A model generated the notes under the pieces. It saw only the letters and a program-made list of their open reading frames with translations. It was not told the DNA's origin and did not search any database. A program made the position numbers and the translations under genes. From contig JBHHTW010000026.1 in the NCBI GenBank assembly GCA_046861385.1, forward strand, positions 1 to 32,660: a stretch of 32,660 bases of DNA. The letters are read 5' to 3'. This DNA is from Fidelibacterota bacterium (GTDB taxonomy: Bacteria > Fidelibacterota > Marinisomatia > Marinisomatales > TCS55). This document shows, piece by piece, positions 25,378 to 32,660 of this stretch (the stretch's first letter is position 1; the number at the start of each line of letters is the position of its first letter).

Positions 25378-27032
25378 TTATTAGAATAATCACTATTATA
25401 TGTTTATCCACCGGTTTATTTGCTCAAGTAGCTAAAGCGTTCAAAATACCATCAAACTTCAAGCATCAGAAAACCGTTTTAGCGGCCGACACATCTCAAC
25501 CGGGTTTGTTAAGCAATGTCATCTCGGAAATAAAACTACAAGGAGACAGTAGCTGGGTATGGCTTGGTACCGGACGGGGTCTTTCCAGAGTTAAGGATTC
25601 GTTGACGGTTGAAACATTCTTTACGAATCCAGACCTTACAAGCGGTTCCAATACAAATGGTTTTTTCCCGGAAGGCGGTGTATCTGCCATTGCGGTCAAA
25701 GGAGATACTGTATTTGCCGCTTTTGCCAGAACCATTAATGATTTTCCCACCGGGCAGGGCATAGTGTATACATCAAATTCTATGACTGATTTTCCCATAT
25801 GGACTTTTTACGATCAACCAATAGATGCTTCTGATGCTGTGAAATTTCCGTTCGGGAGTATAGGTTTTATTGAAGGGCTGCCAGTGACGGTTCCACAATA
25901 CAATGTTACATATGATGCATCCATCGGTGGTGGATATGTTTGGACCACCAGCTGGGCAGGAGGATTAAGACGTTATAAGATCGCCGACGGAAGTTGGGAA
26001 AGAGTTCCAATTCCTCAAGACGATCAGCTGATGTTAGTTACTTGTGCTGATACGTCTTATGAAACAATCGATAATAAAAATATATTAAAAAATTTCTACC
26101 TTAATCCCCGAGACCCGATTGATGGCGGAAATCATAATCATAAGGCATTTTCGGTTTTAGCCTATAGTGATACAGTCTGGGTCGGGACGGCTAATGGAAT
26201 TAATCGTGGTATTTCAGGAGATGAAGGATGTATTGACTGGGAACATTATGCATATCCATTTGAAAATATCACCGGGAATTTTGTTGTTAGTATCGCTCGT
26301 CAAAATTGGAACGGTAAGCGAATCATCTGGGCGGCAACTATGAATGCAGACGACCCGACAGAACAAAGGGGAGTTAGCTACACTTTCAATGATGGAGGAA
26401 CTTGGAACACAGCGTTGGTTGGTGAACGGGTTTACAATGTTTTTTCCCGAGATTCTTTGGTCTTTGCCGCTTCCGAAAAGGGATTGTGGAAATCAGAAGA
26501 TGGTCAAAGCTGGGCGCTGTTTAAACCTGCGAAAAATATTACGCCCCTTCAGGGCGATGAAACGTTATCCAGTGAAGTATTTGCCGTCGTATTAGATAGT
26601 AGGAAATATTATAATAATGATCCTGTCCTTTGGATCGGGACTGGAGATGGCGTAGCCCGGTCTTCGGATTTGCATGGCAGCAATTGGCAGATATATCGTG
26701 CAGACTATAATCCTGATAAGCTATATGCATTCCCAAACCCATTTTCCCCAAAATCCCATAATGTTTTGGATGGAGATGGCTATGTGCGGTTTCATTTAGG
26801 AGCGGTCGCCTCAAATGTCGTAGAAATGAATGTTTATAATTTTGCCATGGAAAATGTATATAGCACATTGTTGGATAGACAAAATCCAAACACGGGAGCC
26901 ATTAAATGGAATGGCAAAGACAGTAACGGAAGGTTAGTGGATAACGGTGTCTATTTTATTAAATTGAAATATTCACAAAATATAAATGCAGGGCCCAGTA
27001 ACCATTGGGTAAAATTGATTGTAGTCAAATGA
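25374..27032 (+). CDS. Secreted beta-propeller protein with FlgD-Ig/CTD tail (PorZ-like architecture)
   Basis: Signal peptide GLFA|Q; blades WLGTGRGL, VWVGTANGI and LWIGTGDGV; tail YAFPNPFSP...WNGKDSNGRLVDNGVYF...KLIVVK. Confidence 0.72.
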   Translation: MIIRIITIICLSTGLFAQVAKAFKIPSNFKHQKTVLAADTSQPGLLSNVISEIKLQGDSSWVWLGTGRGLSRVKDSLTVETFFTNPDLTSGSNTNGFFPEGGVSAIAVKGDTVFAAFARTINDFPTGQGIVYTSNSMTDFPIWTFYDQPIDASDAVKFPFGSIGFIEGLPVTVPQYNVTYDASIGGGYVWTTSWAGGLRRYKIADGSWERVPIPQDDQLMLVTCADTSYETIDNKNILKNFYLNPRDPIDGGNHNHKAFSVLAYSDTVWVGTANGINRGISGDEGCIDWEHYAYPFENITGNFVVSIARQNWNGKRIIWAATMNADDPTEQRGVSYTFNDGGTWNTALVGERVYNVFSRDSLVFAASEKGLWKSEDGQSWALFKPAKNITPLQGDETLSSEVFAVVLDSRKYYNNDPVLWIGTGDGVARSSDLHGSNWQIYRADYNPDKLYAFPNPFSPKSHNVLDGDGYVRFHLGAVASNVVEMNVYNFAMENVYSTLLDRQNPNTGAIKWNGKDSNGRLVDNGVYFIKLKYSQNINAGPSNHWVKLIVVK

Positions 27033-27168
27033 AGAATAAATCGTATGAGTGGTTTTGTAGTCGCAGTACTGACAGGAATGTCCGAAATATATTTGCATTT
27101 TGTCATTATTCAATCCAGTGGATGAATTCCAATAAAAACTATCTATCGTTGGCTGAGGGTCGAATATT

Positions 27169-28173
27169 ATGATGGAGAAAACATTTAAGAGAGTGACAAC
27201 TCCTTCAACAAAATATTCGATTTTTTGTCTACTATCTATTTCAAGTTTCATATTTTTTGCATCCGACAAATTATCTGCAGCGGATTATGCCGGGTATTCA
27301 GGATCATTTTTACGCATGGGAACATCCGCCCGAGCCATGGCAATGGGCAGCGGTTTTACAGCTGAACAGGATAATAGTTTTTCAGCGTATCATAATCCTG
27401 CTAGTATTGCTTTTCTGAAATATCGACAAGCTTCATTTACATATCATTCATTGGCACTGGACAGACGATTCATCGCCAGTAGTTTTGCAACTCATCTGCC
27501 TCCTACTGCCGGTGTTGGTGTTGCCTGGGTGAGTTCCGGTGTAGATAAAATTGACGGCAGAACAACCGCCGGTGAACATACGAAGATGCTTTCCACCTCT
27601 CAGGATGGGTTTTACATAACCTTTGCTCAGCGTTTGCAGAAATGGGTCAGCGTTGGAATCAACGTGAAAATATTATATTCACAACTTCCAATGAATGAAA
27701 GCAACTTATCCGGCAAAGGTACCGGGTTTGACGTTGGTGTATTAATCAACCCGGGAAAACGACTAACACTTGGTCTAATGATTCAGGATTTGAATTCCTA
27801 TTTTCAATGGAATACAAGCAGTGTTTTTGAGGATGAGGGTAGCGTATATCGGGATATATTTCCTGCTATATTCAGAGCCGGAGCGACTTATAAAACGCAG
27901 AAATTGTATATTGTTGGTGATCTTGGAATTATTGCCGGTGAAAAAACAGATGGAAATTTCAATCGATTAGGCCAATCATTAAGAGTGGGTGTTGAGTATA
28001 AATACAAAAATAATTATTATTTTAGAACTGGTTTGGGTAACGGTCGTATTGGCGCCGGCGGCGGAATGAATTTCTCATTTATAGAAAAAAATGATGCGTT
28101 TTTGGATTATGCCTTAATAGTGGAAGCCCCTGCAGGCTTTGCCCATATAATATCCTATGCGTTTCATTTTTAA
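27169..28173 (+). CDS. PorV/PorQ family outer-membrane barrel (copy 1)
   Basis: FL.MGTSARAMAMG, YHNPA, SVGINVK and GFDVG motifs; terminal aromatic YAFHF. Confidence 0.85.
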   Translation: MMEKTFKRVTTPSTKYSIFCLLSISSFIFFASDKLSAADYAGYSGSFLRMGTSARAMAMGSGFTAEQDNSFSAYHNPASIAFLKYRQASFTYHSLALDRRFIASSFATHLPPTAGVGVAWVSSGVDKIDGRTTAGEHTKMLSTSQDGFYITFAQRLQKWVSVGINVKILYSQLPMNESNLSGKGTGFDVGVLINPGKRLTLGLMIQDLNSYFQWNTSSVFEDEGSVYRDIFPAIFRAGATYKTQKLYIVGDLGIIAGEKTDGNFNRLGQSLRVGVEYKYKNNYYFRTGLGNGRIGAGGGMNFSFIEKNDAFLDYALIVEAPAGFAHIISYAFHF

Positions 28174-29020
28174 ATTTTTTTCCATTTTTCTCCCATGGCT
28201 TGTATGGGCGACTGGAACCCAATTTTTAACAATCCCCACCAGTGGATCGGAACTGGCCATCGGCACGAGCGCAATTCATAATAATAATATTAATCCTGCA
28301 TCGATTTCAGCCAATGCCTCCGGTCTGTTCCTCAACATATCTCATGGCTCTTGGGTGGCTGATTCAAAAACATCCTCATTATTAATGTTATTCCCGGGAG
28401 ATAGAGCTCATATGGGTGCGAATTTAAGGTATTTTGAAATCGATGATCTGGAGCTGAGAAATGAAACACCCACGGATGAACCCTTAGCTTTCTATGGTGC
28501 AAATGGATTTGCAATGGGAGTTTCAGGAAGCTGGGAGTCTTATGGAATGAAAATGGGCACCGCCATTCGACTGATTCGGATGGATCTATATACTGAAAAT
28601 AGCCAGGGGTTTTCTACCGATTTTGGTTTAATAAAACAATTAACATCAAAAATAAAAGTAGGCGCTTCTGTTCTCAATTTAGGAAAGATGTCTGCTTTAA
28701 AATTAGATGTACCTGAACTTCCAAAGAGGGTGATTGCCAGTGCGGGTTACCTGAGTACCGTCCCTACGTTCTCAAATGAATTTACTTTAGGTGTAGAAAA
28801 TTCCAGTTTAGTGGATGGGATTATCTTTCACGGATCCAATGAAACCAAATGGCGTAATATTATTTTGAGGCAAAGTAGTAAAATTTCAAAGGAAGTTAGT
28901 GAAATATCCTTTGGAGTCGGTTTCCGTTTTGGCATTTATAATTTGAATTATGGGATACTCATTGGATCGCAGGATTTAGGTACACCACAAATGCTTGATT
29001 TGACCATCTATTTCCCTTAA
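28157..29020 (+). CDS. PorV/PorQ family outer-membrane barrel (copy 2, divergent)
   Basis: FLTIPTSGSELAIG, NPA, FSTDFG, GASVLNLG and ELP motifs; overlaps the upstream gene by 17 bp. Confidence 0.8.
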   Translation: MRFIFKFFSIFLPWLVWATGTQFLTIPTSGSELAIGTSAIHNNNINPASISANASGLFLNISHGSWVADSKTSSLLMLFPGDRAHMGANLRYFEIDDLELRNETPTDEPLAFYGANGFAMGVSGSWESYGMKMGTAIRLIRMDLYTENSQGFSTDFGLIKQLTSKIKVGASVLNLGKMSALKLDVPELPKRVIASAGYLSTVPTFSNEFTLGVENSSLVDGIIFHGSNETKWRNIILRQSSKISKEVSEISFGVGFRFGIYNLNYGILIGSQDLGTPQMLDLTIYFP

Positions 29021-29022
29021 AA

Positions 29023-29862
29023 ATGTCTTCATATCAAACCAAAATAAATCGATATAAAAAAATCATCGGTACTCTGATTTTTATCATTGTTGGTATGGGA
29101 AGTATCCTTGTTGGACTTTATCTCAAAATGAAGACAATGGAACCGGCTGTTATTGAGGGGCCAACGATAGAAATTGAAACTGCGCCCAAAGGAACAGCTG
29201 TTGGAAAAATCGCAATCATTATTGACGATTTCGGGTATCGTAACGATGCAGTTTCAGATGGATTTTTAAACTTAGATGCACATTTGACCTATGCGATAAT
29301 CCCTGGGCATAAGCATAGTCGAGCTATGGCAAAAACAGCTGATTCAAAAGGATATGAAGTGATGATTCATATGCCAATGGGAACCACTATTCCAAGTATT
29401 GGGGAAGAAGAGTATAGGATAAAAACGTCTATGACCAGTCGCGAAATTGAGCAGCGTGTTGAAAAAGTACTACTGCATCTTCCGGAAGCAATAGGAATGA
29501 ATAATCATCAAGGGTCCAACGCGACAACAGACAAACGCGTTATGAATGTATTGGGGACTGTGTTAAAACAAAATGGGAAATATTTTTTGGACAGCCGAAC
29601 AACTAAGAACACTCAAGCAGAAATGATCATGCGAAATCTCCATGTCCCCACTGGACGCAGGCATGTATTTTTGGATAATGACTTTGACGAAGATTTAATC
29701 CGTCTCCAATTACATGAACTTGCGGAAAAAGCAAAAAAACAAGGATATGCAGTGGGTATTGGCCATGCAAAAAAACATACATTGAATGTATTGCAGGATG
29801 AGATTCCCAAATTGAAAGAGGAAAATTTGGAATTTGTTTTCATATCTGAAATTGTGCATTAA
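29023..29862 (+). CDS. Divergent polysaccharide deacetylase (YibQ / Polysacc_deac_2), N-terminal membrane anchor
   Basis: IAIIIDDFG, MIHMPM, GMNNHQGS, FLDSRT, VFLDN and IGH motifs. Confidence 0.92.
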   Translation: MSSYQTKINRYKKIIGTLIFIIVGMGSILVGLYLKMKTMEPAVIEGPTIEIETAPKGTAVGKIAIIIDDFGYRNDAVSDGFLNLDAHLTYAIIPGHKHSRAMAKTADSKGYEVMIHMPMGTTIPSIGEEEYRIKTSMTSREIEQRVEKVLLHLPEAIGMNNHQGSNATTDKRVMNVLGTVLKQNGKYFLDSRTTKNTQAEMIMRNLHVPTGRRHVFLDNDFDEDLIRLQLHELAEKAKKQGYAVGIGHAKKHTLNVLQDEIPKLKEENLEFVFISEIVH

Positions 29863-29864
29863 CC

Positions 29865-30842
29865 ATGGGTATTATGTGCAAAATATTGAGGGGTGAATTT
29901 ATCGAAAGCATCCACGTAGTTTATGCGGTAGTTGTGGATGGAAATGGGCAGATTATCAGAGACTGGGGTGATCCATATTATTTAACGTGTGTCCGCTCAT
30001 CTCTAAAACCCTTTCAGGCTTCAGCTTCAGTAGCGGAAGGATCAGCAGAGGCGGCCGGATTTACCACTGAAGAATTGGCTCTCATGTGCGCATCTCATAA
30101 TGGTGAAGATATTCATGTTAAAACAGCTAAAGGAATGTTGGAAAAATTGGGATATAATATTTCTAATTATGAATGCGGCAAACATTTGCCTTATGATAGA
30201 GAAACAAAAACCCAGTTAATTAAGCACTCAAAAAATGCTTCGCCGCTCCATAATAACTGTAGTGGTAAACATGCGGGAATGTTGTGTTTATCTAAATTTT
30301 TAAAAGCGGAACCAAATGGGTATACCAACCCAAAACACCCTGTCCAAAAATCTATAATGGCACAAGTTAAGAAATATTCAGAACTGAGTGAATTCCCCAT
30401 AGCGATTGACGGTTGCAGCGCACCGACACCTTTTATGCCCCTTTATAATATTGCTCTGATGTTTCAAAAACTCGCCGGTGGTCAATATCCTGAATTAAAT
30501 ATATTGTTTGATGCCATGGTGTCCCACCCCTACTTAATAGCCGGGAAGAATCGATTTGATACAGATTTTACAGAAGTGATGAATGGTCGAGCAGTCACAA
30601 AAGTGGGTGGCGAAGCTGTCCGGGGATTAGGAATTCGTAATAAAAATGGCGGCGCTTACGGTATTGCCTTAAAAGTTTTGGATGGAAATCAACGGTGCTC
30701 TCCGCAGGCTGCAATAGCCATTTTGGAAGAAATGGATTTGCTTTCGAAGGATGAATTAAACACATTGAATAAATACAGCAAAACAACATTAAAGAACCAC
30801 AGAAAACTGAATGTGGGATCGATAGAAGTGGAAATACATTGA
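29865..30842 (+). CDS. L-asparaginase II (Rhizobium etli-type, class 3)
   Basis: RG..IESIH, RSSLKPFQA, CASHNGE, NNCSGKHAGM, DGCSAP, KVGGE and LKVLDG motifs. Confidence 0.92.
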   Translation: MGIMCKILRGEFIESIHVVYAVVVDGNGQIIRDWGDPYYLTCVRSSLKPFQASASVAEGSAEAAGFTTEELALMCASHNGEDIHVKTAKGMLEKLGYNISNYECGKHLPYDRETKTQLIKHSKNASPLHNNCSGKHAGMLCLSKFLKAEPNGYTNPKHPVQKSIMAQVKKYSELSEFPIAIDGCSAPTPFMPLYNIALMFQKLAGGQYPELNILFDAMVSHPYLIAGKNRFDTDFTEVMNGRAVTKVGGEAVRGLGIRNKNGGAYGIALKVLDGNQRCSPQAAIAILEEMDLLSKDELNTLNKYSKTTLKNHRKLNVGSIEVEIH

Positions 30843-32599
30843 TAAAAAATTGCAGCATTATTTGCATATTATTGTCTTTGAGCCAAATCATGGCTCAATC
30901 CAATTATACCTTCATGACATACAACTTGTTGAATTATCAAGATGATAACAACCGCGAAAATGAATACATAAAGATCATTGAATATGTTGAACCGGATTTG
31001 ATCATTGCTGAGGAAATAAAAGGGCAAACCGGTTATAACCATTTTCTTTCTGATGTTCTAGAGATCCTGGAACCCGGTGCATGGTCTGGAGCAACTTTTA
31101 CAAATCAAAGCGCAGACCAGGATATTGCTTTATTTTTTCGCCACACTGTATTTTCTTTCGTCAGCACCAGTTTAGTAAACACCGCTCAGTCATTCGGCAC
31201 GAGAAATGTGGTGGAGTGGGTGATGGAACACAATGCCTCCGGTGTTCGGTTTAATATGTATGGTGTTCATTTAAAAGCAAGCCAAGGAAGCTCAAACGCC
31301 CAACAGCGGTTGGCTGAGACGACCGTCTTGCGTAATTACCTGGATGATCTGCCAACAGGCAGACATTTCATGGTAGCAGGTGATTTTAACATATACGGTA
31401 GCAGTTCATCAACAGAACCAGCCTTTGATATGCTTACCGGAGTCAGTGATGACAACGATGGTAGATTATTTGACCCGATTGACCGCATCGGGAATTGGCA
31501 TAATAACAGCTCATTCGCTGATGTTCATACACAATCGCCAAGGACAACAAGTTTTGGAGGCGGCGCCAATGGGGGAATGGATGATCGTTTTGACTGGATA
31601 TTTGTTTCAGAATCGGTATTAAATGAAACGTATGAAATAAACTTTGTGGAGAACACCTATTGGGCTGTGGGAAATGATGGCAATCATTTTAATCAGGCAA
31701 TTAATGATGGTAACAATTCTTCTGTGAATGATGCAATGGCAGATGCCCTTCATAACGCATCCGATCATCTGCCTGTGATGGCAACGTTCGCTTTTCCCGG
31801 GGGAGATCCGTCTCCATATAGAATTGTTATTACGGAAGTGATGGTAAATCCTTCAGTAGTCTCCGATACGTATGGTGAGTGGTTTGAGATTTACAACCAT
31901 GATACAATTCCCATCAATTTAGCCGGCTGGCAGATTGCCGATAACGATAATGATCTCCACGAAATTCAAACTGAATCGATTGAATTCTACATTAATCCAG
32001 GAGAGTATTTGGTTCTGGGTCGAAATGCAGACGCCATGATAAACGGAGGTTATACGGCAGATTATGAGTATTCCGGATTTCAATTGTCTAATAGCGCCGA
32101 TGAAATTGTAATCCGCGATGGAGAGAGCAGACCTGTGGATAAAATTGTATATACATCCTCATTTCCTTTTTCAAGTGGTGCATCTATGTATCTGAAAAAT
32201 ATGGAATATGATAATGCATTGGATACCAGCTGGGCCATGTCTGAAACTCCTTATGGTATTGGTGATTTTGGAACACCGGGCGGAGCCTGGGATGATACAT
32301 TGTCTACCATAAATGATAATGGCATTGGATTACCAAACGAATTTGTTTTATATCCGGCGTATCCAAACCCATTTAATCCAACCACAACCATCCAATTTTC
32401 GGTAGAGACACAGCATGCTGTGTCTCTACACATATTTGATATTACAGGTCGCCTGGTAAAAACAGTAGTGAATGGTAAACTGGTGAGTGGTGAGCATATC
32501 GTTAAATGGAATGCGTCAAATCAGCCAAGCGGGATGTATTTTGTGAAATTATCCATGGGATCCCAACAGCAAACACAGAAAGTGATTTTGTTGAAATAG
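30839..32599 (+). CDS. Secreted endonuclease/exonuclease/phosphatase + lamin tail domain + T9SS CTD
   Basis: MTYNL, HLKA, GDFN, RFD and SDHLPV (EEP); ITEVM.NP...EWFEIYN...GTPG (LTD); AYPNPFNP...SGMYF...KVILLK (CTD). TTG start overlaps the upstream stop. Confidence 0.9.
   Translation: MIKNCSIICILLSLSQIMAQSNYTFMTYNLLNYQDDNNRENEYIKIIEYVEPDLIIAEEIKGQTGYNHFLSDVLEILEPGAWSGATFTNQSADQDIALFFRHTVFSFVSTSLVNTAQSFGTRNVVEWVMEHNASGVRFNMYGVHLKASQGSSNAQQRLAETTVLRNYLDDLPTGRHFMVAGDFNIYGSSSSTEPAFDMLTGVSDDNDGRLFDPIDRIGNWHNNSSFADVHTQSPRTTSFGGGANGGMDDRFDWIFVSESVLNETYEINFVENTYWAVGNDGNHFNQAINDGNNSSVNDAMADALHNASDHLPVMATFAFPGGDPSPYRIVITEVMVNPSVVSDTYGEWFEIYNHDTIPINLAGWQIADNDNDLHEIQTESIEFYINPGEYLVLGRNADAMINGGYTADYEYSGFQLSNSADEIVIRDGESRPVDKIVYTSSFPFSSGASMYLKNMEYDNALDTSWAMSETPYGIGDFGTPGGAWDDTLSTINDNGIGLPNEFVLYPAYPNPFNPTTTIQFSVETQHAVSLHIFDITGRLVKTVVNGKLVSGEHIVKWNASNQPSGMYFVKLSMGSQQQTQKVILLK
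32402..32429. repeat. Perfect 28-bp GTAG-type REP-like palindrome inside the coding sequence
   Basis: GTAGAGACACAGCATGCTGTGTCTCTAC is its own reverse complement and encodes VETQHAVSL. Confidence 0.85.
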
Positions 32600-32638
32600 G
32601 CTGGTGTATGGTGGAGCAGCAATAAATTTTTAAAATTT

Positions 32639-32660
32639 CAACAGACAGGAATGTCTGTTG
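32639..32660. repeat. REP-like hairpin, cut off by the window end
   Basis: CAACAGACA-GGAA-TGTCTGTTG. Confidence 0.6.

Overview
Chromosomal region of an AT-rich bacterium. It is probably a non-Bacteroidota member of the FCB superphylum such as Marinimicrobia; this is inferred from the sprA homologue, the Por-type C-terminal sorting domains (CTDs) and the GGAG Shine-Dalgarno sites. The left part holds a decayed AAA_14/DUF4143 ATPase, housekeeping enzymes (SDR, ROK, Nudix, HAD), an M14 peptidase and an AhpD-like peroxidase that the ORF track splits at an in-frame TGA in a C-H-Y-U motif (likely selenoprotein). The right part holds tRNA-Phe, rdgB and a long type IX secretion (T9SS)-like cluster: sprA, a glutaminyl-cyclase-like M28 lipoprotein, an uncharacterised lipoprotein, a PorZ-like propeller, two PorV/PorQ barrels, a polysaccharide deacetylase, a class 3 asparaginase and an EEP-LTD-CTD cargo. 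Two CTD cargo genes sit in small integrase-less islands. One is bounded by an exact 89-bp duplication of the M14 gene 3' end. The other lies next to tRNA-Phe, whose partial 5' and 3' copies are each interrupted by a related REP-like element. REP-like palindromes also sit in frame inside two CTDs. All calls come from reading motifs by eye; no database search was run.
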